Below are positions 36,575-48,429 of a stretch of DNA of 64,000 bases, piece by piece. Position 1 is the stretch's first letter. Each line of letters starts with the position of its first letter. The position numbers were made by a program, and so were the translations under genes. The notes beneath the pieces were generated by a model. The model was not told where the DNA came from, did no database searches, and saw only the letters and a program-made list of their open reading frames with translations. This DNA is from Vicugna vicugna (taxonomy: Eukaryota), in the NCBI GenBank assembly GCA_013265495.1, contig MU057989.1, forward strand, positions 883,513-947,512. The letters are read 5' to 3'.

Positions 36575-39500
36575 TAGAATCTCTTGGATAGTCTATGTAG
36601 GCCATCAGGTCACATGTTTTAAAAAGTGAAATTTTGTTTCTCCTGTCCAATGCTTATGACTTCCATTTCTTTGCCCTGTTATATACTGCCATCTAGAACC
36701 TCCAGATTAATGCTGAATACAAACAGTGCATCTATGTCTTGTTACCAACCTGAGTAAAAATTATGTTTTTTGTAGGTTTATTCACTCATTCCATAAATAC
36801 TCACTGAGCAAACACTATGTGCCAGGCCCTGTACTAGGTACTTGGAATGCAACAGCAAACAAAACAAAAGTCCTCACCCTTGCAGACCTTACATTCCAGT
36901 AGGCAGAGACAGAAGATTAATATAATTAATGATTAAATTCTATAGCATATGTTAGAAGGTGTTAAACACTATGCAGAAAAGCAATAGGGATCTGGAGTGT
37001 TAGTGTGGGGACAGGTGCAATTTTAAATAAGGTGATGGAGGCAGGCTTAGCTGAGAAAATGATATTGGAGCAGACTTGAAGGAGGAAGGGAGTGAGTGTG
37101 TCAATATCCAAGGAAGAGCTCTCCTGATCCACCACACAGAAGCGGGCAAGTGAGGCTGGGGCAGCTGCAGCAGATGAGGTAGAAGAAGGTGCGATGAAGA
37201 GATGGATGAATGTGGGAGTCCATGGTGGAGGTGCTCACTCCATTCTTGAGCCTCGTCCAATTTCTTTTTCTCATTCCCTATAATACGCTGGCTTCAACAA
37301 TATCTCAACTCTCTGTGGACCTTCAGTGCATGACCATAATATCCCTTTCCACCAACACACATCCTCTTAGATGCCTCTCTCCCCCTCTCACCCAGCTTAA
37401 GTTCCACAGTCAACAGTCACAAATGCTGCCCTGTACACACGCTCTCTTTCCCTCACTCATGTTATTGTACTTGTTGGCAAAACCATCACCCGGGTTAAAT
37501 CCAACTCCCTGCCTATGCTTCATGTGCACCCGAAAGTTGAAAGTGGCTGGGGGAAAAAAGCACACGACCACGCTGACCGGTGTCCCTTTAAGTAATGACC
37601 ACCAGCCTTAATGGGATACTCATGTTGCTGGGCAATCCTACTGTAATTCCATAGTCAGCTACTCCCGCTTTCCTCTCCTCAAAACTCCACCACCACCTTC
37701 CCCATCCTCACTCCCAGCTGATGACTTGCTTCCTACTCTGCTGGGAAAACTGAACCCATCACAAGAGACTTGCACACACTCCCCGAAACACATCTGCCTA
37801 TGAACATGGCTGAGTGTCTGAACACTGGCCTTCTGGCCGCTGCTGACATCAAAAAGCAATCCCTCCACCTCCGAACGAGACCCACCTTCTTTTTTGCCTG
37901 TTGGAGCACTTCTCTCCAAGAAGTCCCTCTGACCTATGGCATCAATTTGCCCCTCTCTACTAGATCATTCTCAGCACATAAAAACCCTTTTAGGGGAAAG
38001 GGTGGGGGAGGGGCGGGAGGAAAAAGGAAAAAAAAAACAAACAAACCCTTTACTTCTCCCATCTTAAAAAAGGTCCCATTTCCCTTCATCCCATTTCCCT
38101 GTCAGTTACCACCCAGGTCTCAGCTCCATTTTACTGCAAAACTCCTTCGAAGAGTTGTCTGTTCCTGTAGTCTTCTATGGCTCCCTCCAATCAAAAAAAA
38201 CACTTCCATTTACTCACCCCCCTTCCTATGTGATTTTCATATCTTCTACTTCAACATGTACTGACCTCATCCAACAAGATTATTATTATTATTATTTTAA
38301 ATAGTCAGTTGGTTTTAAGTAAATAATAAGAAAAAAAAAGCTCTATTTGCTGTTTCTACTGTTCTTCGTTTCTTCCTGTAGATCTAAGTTCCCAATGAGA
38401 ATCATTTTCCTTCAGTCTGAAGGATATCCTTTAGCATTTAAAATCACAGGTCTACTGGCAACGCACTCTCTGAGCTTTTTCCTGAAAATAAATTTATTTC
38501 ACCCTCAATTTTTGAAGGATATTTTTATAGATATAAAATTTAGGGCTAATGGGTTTTTTTTCTTTCAGCCCTTTGAAGATGTCTTTGCATAGTCTTGCGT
38601 GGTACCCTGGCCTCCGTCATCACTCATAAGTCATTCAGCAGGTATTTGGAATGCTGTTTCCAAATATGTAATGTGCTTTTGTTCTCCTGATGCTTTCAAG
38701 AATTTTTTTTCTTTATCTCTTGTGTTTAGCAGTGTGACTATGAGCACTAGGTATAGTTTTCCTTTCACTTATCCACACTTGGGACAAATGTAAGTTTATT
38801 CCTGGAAACTGGTACTTTAAAAAATCAAACTTGGAGTATTTTCAGCCATTAATTTCTTAAATTTTTCTATCTCAGTATGACTCTCTTTTCTCTCTGGAAT
38901 TCCAATTACACGGATGTCCAATTGCTTGACATTGTCCCTAAAGTTGTGTTCATTTTTCTTCAATATTTTTCTCTCTCTTCTTCAGAGTGATTAATTTCTA
39001 TTGACGAGTCTTCAAGTTTATTGACTCGTCCGCCATCTCCAGTCTACTGGTAAGGCCAACAAGTGATTTTTTTTTTTTTGCTTCAGTTATTTTACTTTTC
39101 AGTTCTAAAATTTTCATTTAGTTCTTTCATATTTTCTATTTCTCTGCTGAAATGCTCTATTGGTTCACTCTTTAAGACCACATCTTTTAATTCTTTGAAC
39201 ATATTTTCCTTTAAAAATATTTATAATAGCTGCTTAAAAATATTTGTCTGCTAAGTCAAACATCTGGGCCTTCTTTTGCTCAGTTTCTATGGACTGCTTT
39301 TTTCCCCTTGACTTTGGATCATGTTTTCCTGTTTATTTGTATGTCTAGCAATTTTTGATTGAATAGTAGATATTGTGGTTCAATCACTGTAGAGATAATA
39401 GATTCTGTTATCTTCCTCTGAAAAGTATTGATTCTTATTCTGGCAGACACTTCTACTACTGGTCGATCACTTTGAACTTAAATAGGCTTTTTTTCACACT

Positions 39501-39632
39501 CATTCGTGTAGATTTCCAGCCCCTCTGACTTGGCAGAACTCAACCTTCAAACCCTGCCTCTGCTGTGGGTCTTTTTTGTTGTTTGGTGTCAGACACTGTT
39601 AGAATAGGTCCAGAATACACCTTCTTCTAGGG

Positions 39633-39854
39633 CGGGGTTCGGCAGACTACAACCTGTGGAGTAAATCCTCCATCATCACCGGTGTCATATAAATTAAGTT
39701 TTATTGAAACACAACCATATTCAGTCATTATGTGTCCCCCTGGCTGCTCTCACAATGCAACAGCAGAGCTGAGTAGTTGTGGCAAAGACCAGATAGCCCA
39801 CAATGCTTCAAATGTTTAATATCTGCCCTTCTTCAGAAAGTTTGCTGGTATCTG
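39633..39854. mobile_element. MER58A-like hAT MITE
   Basis: Same internal motifs. 8-bp hAT-type TSD TTCTAGGG (39625-39632) / CTCTAGGG (39855-39862). Confidence 0.8.
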
Positions 39855-42420
39855 CTCTAGGGCATGGTCCTTACTCCTAAGGATATTCTTCAGCTGGATG
39901 CCAGGACTCTTGATGAGATGTTAAAGTGGTCTCTTGACTCTAGCAAGGCCAGAACTCCAATGTCGCCAGCACTTCTCTTCCTCCAGCTCTGCTTGACCCC
40001 CGTCTGGAGCAGCCACCCTCTGATAAGCCTGGGGTCATTTCACTCTGCACAGGTACAGCCCAGCCTTCAGCCACGGATTCATGGGGGACCGCCTTCCCAA
40101 GACTTACAGGGCCCCTTCTCTCCAGAGCTCCCTCCTCTCCATGCCTCACGCCACAGATTTCAGCTACCTTAGCTTTGCTCAGCCCTAATTCTGCCTCCTC
40201 GTGTTAGTGTGGCCATGATGCTCATTCAGAATCCAGCTCTTTAACTGGGTTGAGGAACAGTCCTGAGGGCAGAGAGCTGGGCAACCGTGGGGCTCACTCA
40301 TGAACTTCCCTCCTCTGGAGGATCATAGCCTTGCACCGCCTGATGTCCAAAGCCTGAAAATAATTGCCTCACGTACTTCTCCAGCTTTATTGTCCATTAT
40401 GTTGGCAGAGCTAGTCCAGTAAATATCTACCTCATCTTGGCAGGAAGCAGAAGCTCCACATTTTTTCCTTAAACCCATTTCAGGTAGGTTTTCACTCCCC
40501 AACATTCCTCTGAAAACTGCACTTGTCAAGAACATCAATGACCTTAAAGCTGCTAAATGCAATAGTGAATCCTCATTTCTCATCTCTCTCGGCCTGTCAG
40601 CAGCATCACACAGACCTAGTGATTCCCTCTTTCTTTATCTACTTTCTTTACTTATCTCCCAGAAACCAAGCTGTCTTCATTTGCTTCCTAGCTTTACTAG
40701 TCCCTCCTTCTCAGGGACTTCCTCTTCTAGTCTAGTCTTCTAGTTTGCTGATTCTTCCTCTTCTGAGTTCCTAGTGAAATGCCACAGGGCTCCATGTTTT
40801 TCCTTCATTTTCTTCTCTATCTTCACTCATTCTTCTGGCAGTTTTAGCTGGTCCCATGGCTTCAAATATCACCTACATGCCCATAACTTCCAAATTGCTA
40901 TCTGTATCCCAGACCTCTCTCCTGAACTCCAGATACAGCCCAAAGGATATCCCAAAATGAACATATTCCAACACTGACCTCCTGATATTTCCTCAACAAT
41001 ACCTGTTCCACCCAATGTCTTCTCCTTCTTGGTTGATTGCAACTCAGTCTTCCTAGTTACTTAGACCAAAGAAACTTGGAGTCATTCTTGATTCTTCTAC
41101 ATCTCTCACCCCATATCCAACTTAAAAAAAAAAAAACACCTCTAAGCTCCCCCTTGGAAGTATATCCAAAAATCCAACCCCTCTTTGTCACTTCGCCGCC
41201 ACCTCTCTGTTTCAGGTCACCAGCATCTCTTGCTTAGATTATTGCAATTCTCTCCTAACTGGTCTCCTTGCTTCCATTTGCCCCACCATTGTTTATAATC
41301 AACACCATGCTCACAATGACTTTTCAAAAATATAAATCAGACCTCGACACTCCTCTGCTCAAAACTAACCATGGCTCTCCCATTTTTACAATCATCCATT
41401 CATTTACTGAAAAAATGTTTATTGTGAGTTTTCTATAGGCCAAGCCCTGTACTGGGCATTTGCAATACATCAGTGAACAAATGTAGTAAAAAGTCCCTAC
41501 CCTTATAGAGAGATTCTAGTGTAGGGAGACAGCTAATAAGTAATAAACAGAACAAATAACTTCTCCAGTGGTTCAGAAGAGGGTAAGTGGCTGCTGAGAT
41601 AAGATATAGAGCAGGGTAAAACCAGATTGGGAATGTGGAGGCAAGGGTAATTTTAAAACAAGATCATCAAGGTAGACCTTACTAAGAAAGTGATATTTGA
41701 GCAGAGACTAGGAGGAGGGAAGCCATGAGGGAAGCCGGAGGAATGAACCTCCAGGCAGAGGGAACAGATGGACAAAGGTCAAAGGCAGCAGCAGGCAAGA
41801 CATGTTTAAGAAGCAGCCAGGAGACAAGTGGTTGGGTAGAAGTGAGAGAGAAATGTTGGAAGATGAGGTTGGAGACATAATGATGGACCCTGTAGATCTT
41901 GTAGGGCATTATGGGGACCTTGGCTTTTACTCTGAGATGGGAACTACTGGAGGATTCCAAAGCAGAATATGATGTGACATGAGTCAAGTTTTAAAAGGAT
42001 CCCTTTAGTTGCAAATCATATACTAGATAAACGTCTTGTATCTAGAACATATAAAGAAATATTATAACTCCATATTAAAAGATAACCCAAATTAGAAGTG
42101 GACAAAGGCTCTAAATCAACAATTCTTTAGAAAAGAGCATATACAAATGGCCAACAAGCACATGAAAAGATGCTCAGCATCATTAGCCATTGGGGAAAGG
42201 CAAACCAAACCACAATGAGATACCACTCCACACCCGCTAGGATGGCTTGAATCAGAAAGACAGATAATAACAAGTGTTGGTAAGGATGGAGAGAAATTGG
42301 AATCCTTGTACGCTGCTGGTGGAAATGTAAAATCATGCAGCCACTTTAGAAAAGTCTGGAAGTTCTTCAAAAGGTGAAACAGAGAGTTACCACATGACCC
42401 ATCAATTCCACTCCTAGGTA

Positions 42421-42455
<35 letters not shown>

Positions 42456-42466
42456 CTATATATATC
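42421..42466. repeat. (TG)n(TA)n microsatellite
   Basis: Seen directly. Confidence 0.9.
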
Positions 42467-42974
42467 TCCAAGAGAAATGAAAATCTATGTCTATACACAA
42501 AAACTTGTACACAAATGTTCATAGCAGCATTATTTGTAATAGCCAAAAGTGAAAATAACCCAAATGTCCACCACCCATAAATGAGTAAACAAAAAGTGGC
42601 CTACTCATACAATGTAATAGTTTTCAGCAATAAAAGGAATGACATAATAATAGCTGCTACAAAGTGGATCAACTTTGAAAGCAATGTGCTAAGTGAAAGA
42701 GGTTGATCACATAGCATCACGTGTTATATGATCCGATTTTTATGAAATATCCACAATAGGCAAATCCATGGAGACAGAAAGTAGATCAGTAGTTATGGGG
42801 GATGGGAAATTAGTGGTTATCGGTTTAGGGGTACAGGTTTCTTTCTGAGTAATGAAAATGTTTCAAAATTGATTGTGGTTGTGGATGCGCAGTTCTGTGA
42901 ACACCCTCAAGACTATTGGATTATAAACTTTATATGAGTGATTGTATTACAAATGAATGATATACCAATAGGGC

Positions 42975-42976
<2 letters not shown>

Positions 42977-43007
<31 letters not shown>
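42977..43007. repeat. (TG)n microsatellite
   Basis: About 15 uninterrupted units. Confidence 0.9.
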
Positions 43008-43009
<2 letters not shown>

Positions 43010-43842
43010 TTAAAGATCTCTTTGTTTGCTGCACTGAGGACAGACATGGGGGTGGGGTGGTGGCAGAGTTAGAAGTAGGAATTCCAGGAAGGACACTTAA
43101 GCTACATGGTAGTGGCATGGTCTAGTGCTAATGGTGAAAATGGCAAAACGTGACTAGATTCTAGACGTCTTTTGAAGGCCAACTAGACACATCAAAGAAT
43201 TGGAAGGGAGATGAGTGAAAAAGAGAGAGGGCAAAGGTGACTTCAAATTTTATTCTGAACAATGGGAGGATGGGGGCTGCTGTCAACTGAGATGGAGATG
43301 GCTGAAGGCGAAGCAGTTTGGGAGTGGCTGTTAGGACTTGGGTCTCAACATACCAATCTAGGTTTGGGTAGAGCTACTTCTCCAGGTTAAGGTGGTCACC
43401 CATCTCATCTTTGTTTACGGAGAGTTACTCAAATGAGCATTGATTTTAATCAAGTAGTTTTTCTGAATTTGAAATGAAAATACATTTTCTCCTTTCATCT
43501 ATTAATGCCGTGAAATACACAAGTAAAATTTCTAATGTTAAACCTTCATTCCGCTCCTGGGATAAACCTTACATGACCATGATTTGATTGTGAGTTTATT
43601 TGTTTTCCTGTTGTTATCATTTTTAATATATTGCTGGCCTCGGTTTGTTAATATTTATTCAGGATTTTTACATCAAGTTTTATAAATGAGATTGGCTTGT
43701 CATTTCTTCTATTCAAATTGTCCTTGTGTCGTAGAATTAGATAAGCTGCTTTCGCTCACTTTTTTTTCTTTCTGGAATAGTTTGTCAGAGACAGGATATA
43801 TTCATTCTTTGAGCATTTAGAACTCACCTATATGACAAACTT

Positions 43843-43876
43843 TGTGTGTGTGTGTGTGTGTGTGTACGTGTGTGTG
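43843..43876. repeat. (TG)n microsatellite, interrupted
   Basis: Seen directly. Confidence 0.85.
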
Positions 43877-45749
43877 CTATGTTTTTGTATTTGATTTTTT
43901 TCTTATGGATAGAATTTTAACTACTGAGTCAAATATTTTTATGATTGTAAGTAATACACGTATTAAATTATTTTCAAAATTTCCTGTCACCTGTTTTTAA
44001 AAAATATGAGTATGAAGTTATTCACAAAGCTCTCTTATTTAAAAAAAACTGCTATATTGTGTTTTCTCCCGTTTTTGTGTATGTTCATCAGTTTCACCAG
44101 AGTTTTTTCTATTGTATTTTTTTATAAAACCAATTTTTGTTAATCTACTTTATTGGTTCTTTGTTTTCTATTTCATTAACTCCTGCTCCATGCTAATAAC
44201 TGTATCAATGTAAATAGCCTTAAACATGCCAATTAAAGGGAAGAAATTAACATATTGGATGAAAAAGCAAGGTACAATTATATGTTATCTACCAGAAATT
44301 TTAAAATTTCTTTCAAATTTCTAATTATACTCTAGTTATAAAGACAAAGATAATTAAAAATAAGGAGAATGGGGAAAGAGTATACAAATGCCAATCAAAA
44401 GAAAAGCTAGAATGTCTAAGGGGAAAAAAAACAAATCAAATAAAGAAGAAAAGCTAGAGTGACTGTATTAATATCAATCAAAGTAGGCTTCAGAACCAGG
44501 AATATTACCAGGGACACAGAGCAAAATTTTATACTGATAAAGAGGTCAACTAATTAAAAATACATAATAAAGCTAAAAGTGTATGTACCTCATAGCATAG
44601 CTTTAAAACAGATGAAGCAAAAACTGATAGACCAGAAAGAATAAATAGAAAATCCAGTTAGACATGAAGATTTCAACATTCATTTCTTAGTAACTGTTAG
44701 AGCAAGTAGACAGAGGCTTAATATGGATATAGATTTAACATGGCCAGCCAATTTGACTACAGTAGCATTTATAGAACACTGTCTCTATCAACTGTAAAAC
44801 ACACGTTGTTTTACAATACCCACGAAACATTCACCCAGAGAGCCCATATTCTGGGTCATAAAACAAGTTTGAATTAGAATAAGAGGACTTAAATCACATA
44901 AAGCATGTTTCCTGACCATCATGGAAACTAGAAATAAATAACAGAAAGATATCTGGAAAATAATCAAACATTTGTAAATTAAATAACACAATCCCAAATA
45001 ACCTACTGTTTCAAAAGAGAAGCAACAGGGATGTTGCAAATATTTTGTGCTGAGTGAAAAAAAAATCATAACATATCAATATGTATGGGATAGATCTAAA
45101 GCAGTGCCTAGAAAAAATTATAGCATTAAGTGCTTATACTTACAAAAAAGAAAAAGGGTCTCAAATCAATGATGTAAGTTTACATGTTTAGAAACTAGAA
45201 ACAAAAGAGCAAATTAATACCAAAATAAGCAGAAAGAAGGAGATGAAATAAAGATAAGAGTGGGAATCAGTAGAAGAAAACAGAAATACAACTGAGAAAA
45301 ATCAATGACGCCAAAAGCTGGTTCTTTGAAAATATCAATAAAATTGATAAACTGCTAGAAAAAAAAATAAAATTTCCAATATCAGAAATTAAAGAGAGAA
45401 AACAAAATACCCTAGTGGGAGGGATAATAAAAGAATATTATGAACAACTTTATGCCAACAAATGAAAACTCTTAGATGAAATGGACAAATTCCTTGACAC
45501 AAACTACCAAAGGTCACTCAAGGTGAAATAGGTTTAATTTCTATGTCTATTCAAGACATTATGTTTGTAGTTAAAAACCTTCCAACAGAGAACACTCTAT
45601 GCCCAGGTAGCCTTACTCATGAATTTGACTAAACATTTAAAGAAAAAAATGAATTCTATAGAAGGTTTTCCGGAAAACAAGAGGAGGGAACACTTACTTG
45701 ATTTTATGAGGTCTACATTCCTCTACACCAATGTCAGATAAAGATTACA

Positions 45750-45750
<1 letters not shown>

Positions 45751-45782
<32 letters not shown>
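45751..45782. repeat. (AAC)n microsatellite
   Basis: About 10 units inside L1 ORF2. Confidence 0.9.
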
Positions 45783-45925
45783 AACAAAAACTTGCAGACC
45801 AATATTCTTAGTGAACTTAGATGCAAAAAGCAAATTCAATACATCATGACCAGGTGGGGTTTACCCCAGGAATGCCAAGTTTAACATTTGAAAAATCAGT
45901 CCTTGCAATTAACATGTTAGCTGAC

Positions 45926-46399
45926 TACGTGGGCCTAAAAAGGGCTCCCTAAAAGATACCCATGTCAAATTCCTGGGACCTGTAAAGGTGACCTCATTTG
46001 GAAGAAGGGTCTTTGAAGATGTGATCAAGTTAAGGAACTTGAGATGGAGAGATAATCCTGGGTTGTTCAGGTAGACCCTATATCCAATGACAGCATCCTT
46101 ATAAGAGAAAGTCAGAGGGATATTTGAGACACACATAAGAGGAGACACAGACCTAAGGGAAACTGGTATGGAGACAGAGGCAGAGATTTGATTGACATGG
46201 CTACAAGCCAAGGAACACCTGGGGTCACAGGAAGCTGGAAGAAGCAAGATCCCCCCTAGAACCGTCAGAGGGAGTGTGGGCCTGCTGATACCTTGATTTC
46301 AGACTTCTGGTCTCCAAAACTGAGAGAGAATAAATTTCTGTTGTTTTAATCCACCAAGCTTGTGGTGATTTGTTATGGCGGCCCCATGAAACTCAAACA
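45926..46399 (+). mobile_element. MLT1-type MaLR solo LTR
   Basis: 5-bp TSD CTGAC (45921-45925 / 46400-46404). Internal GAGAATAAATTTCTGTTGTTTTAA; ends in CA. Confidence 0.85.
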
Positions 46400-46636
46400 C
46401 TGACGAAGAAAGAAAAACCTAAGACCATCTCTTTTGATGCCAAATTTTGTTTGACAAAATTCAGTAACTAGTCATGATTTTTTAAAAAAGAAAAAACTCT
46501 CAGCAAACAAGAATAGAAGTAGAAGGGTGTCTTCAACCTGATCAGATGTACCTATAGAAAACTTACAACTAACATCACATTTAATAGTGAAAGACTGAAT
46601 TATTTTCTCCCTAAGATTAGAAAAAAGGCAAAGATG

Positions 46637-46723
46637 GGGTGGGGTGGGTATAGGTCAGTGGTAGAGTGCATGCTTAACATGCACAAGGTCCTGGGTTCAA
46701 TCCCCAATACCTCTATTTTTTTT
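46637..46723 (+). mobile_element. tRNA-Ala-derived SINE, head-only copy inserted in L1 ORF2
   Basis: Perfect 16-bp TSD AAAAAAGGCAAAGATG (46621-46636 / 46724-46739). Lacks the usual tail. Confidence 0.9.
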
Positions 46724-47027
46724 AAAAAAGGCAAAGATGTCCACTTTCACCCATCTTACTTAACACTTCAATAGAGGTCCTACCCAGTGCAAAAAAGCAC
46801 AGGCAGGAAATAAAATGCAAACCCATAGTAAAGGAAGAAGTAAAACTATTCACAGATGACATAACTGCTTCTGTACAGAATCCTAAGGAATCTAGGAAAA
46901 ACTACTAGAAATAATATGTGAGTTCATCAAGGTTACAGGACACGAGGTCAATATATAAAAATCAATAGCATTTCTATATGCTAGCAACAAAAATATTGGA
47001 AATTGATATTAATTAATAATAATATTT

Positions 47028-47146
47028 TTTGGAGGAGGAGGTAATCAGGTTTATTTTTTTATTTTTAGAGGAGGTACTGGGGACTGAACCCAGGACCTCA
47101 TGCATGCTAAGCATGCACTCTACCACTTGAGCTATACCCTCCCCCC
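47028..47146 (-). mobile_element. tRNA-Ala-derived SINE inserted in L1 ORF2
   Basis: A and B boxes present. TSD AATAATAATATTT / AATGATAATATTT. Confidence 0.9.
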
Positions 47147-47282
47147 AATGATAATATTTAAAGTAGCATTAAAATATGAAATGTTTAGGAATAAATTGAA
47201 CAAGAGATGTACAAGACCTATACCCTGTAAACCACAAAACATCTCCAAAAAACTGAAGACCCAAATAAATGAGGAGAGATAC

Positions 47283-47632
47283 TGCTATGATTTGAATGTT
47301 CCCCCCTCAGATCCATATGATGAAACCCTAATGCCCAATGTGATGGTATTAAGAGGTGGGGCCTTTGGGAGGTGATTAAGTCATGAGGGTGGAGACCTCA
47401 TACGCGGGATTAGTGCCCTTATAAAAGAGATCCCACAGAGCTCCTTTAACCCTTTTTTATGTGAGGACACAATGAGAAGTCTGCAACTGGAAAAGGGCCC
47501 TCGTTCGACCATGCTGGCACCCTGACCTCAGACTTCCAGCCTCCAGAATTATAGGAAATAAATTTCTGTTGTTCATAAGCCATTCAATCTGTGATTTTTG
47601 TTTTGTTATAGGAAACTTAATGGACTAAAACA
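47283..47632 (+). mobile_element. MaLR (MST/MLT1A-type) solo LTR
   Basis: TG...CA ends (TGCTATGATTTGAATG...GACTAAAACA). TSD GATAC / GATAT. Confidence 0.85.
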
Positions 47633-48429
47633 GATATTAGAATTAGAATACTCAATATAGCTAACATGTCAACTTCCCCCAATTGATCTCTGGATTCAGT
47701 GCAATCCTAGCAGGACTTAAAAAAAAACCCCAAAACCTCACAAGCTATGTAACAAACGTTTATGAAAAAGTAAGGGGACACAGTAGTGGCCAAAACATCA
47801 TTCTGACCAATGTGCAGAGAAAGGAGGGGAGGTTCAAGGTCAATAGTAGGAAAGCCAATTAGACTATTGCTAACAACCCAGTTAGAAACTGTCAAAACAG
47901 TAGTAATGAAGGTGGAGAAAAATGAGCAGTTTTAAGAGAGGTTAAGGAGATAAAGACCAAGAGATTTTGGGGATTAAGTATGGGGGGGGGGAGAATGGCT
48001 TCCAGACTTCTGATTTTGGAAAATGAGTGGATGGTAGGGGTGTTTATTGTGATAGAGGACACAAGAAAACTAGCTTGAGAAGGGAAATGATGATGCCAGC
48101 TTAGAGCATGGGAAGTTAAAGGATTCTTTGACATAAACAAAAGAACACACAGCAGGGAGCTGAATATATAGGCGATACTCTGGGCTGGAGGTACACTTTC
48201 ATCACCAAAGAGATGATAACTGAAGACAGAAGTGGATGAAATATTCCAGGAGGCCTGCAGAGCAGGATCAGGGGGTCCAAGGGCAACCCAGGGAAGTGTT
48301 CTAAGCACACGGAGAATGAGCTTAATGGGGAAAAGTATTAGGAGAAACTGGTTTGGAAGTTACTGCTTTAGTCTTGCTGCTGTGAGGCAGAGGGAGTCAA
48401 GGCGGAGAAATTTGGATTGATTCCAAGGA

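Larger units (their letters stand above)
36780..43340. mobile_element. Composite block of L2 fragments (both strands) with nested L1 pieces (~38340-40440 minus; ~42010-42970 plus)
   Basis: L2 hallmarks (ATTCACTCATTC...CACTATGTGCCAGGCCCTGTACTAGG; CCCATGGCTTCAAATATCACCTACATGC; CCAGACCTCTCTCCTGAACTCCAGA) and L1 hallmarks (CATGAAAAGATGCTCAGCATCATTAGCCAT). Confidence 0.75.
44190..47790 (+). mobile_element. Decayed L1 ORF2 (endonuclease through RT region) carrying two solo LTRs and two SINEs
   Basis: Starts AATGTAAATAGCCTTAAACATGCCAATTAAA (decayed NVNGLN.PIK) and contains AAAAGCTGGTTCTTTGAAAA and GATGAAATGGACAAATTCCT. Many stops and frameshifts. Confidence 0.85.
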
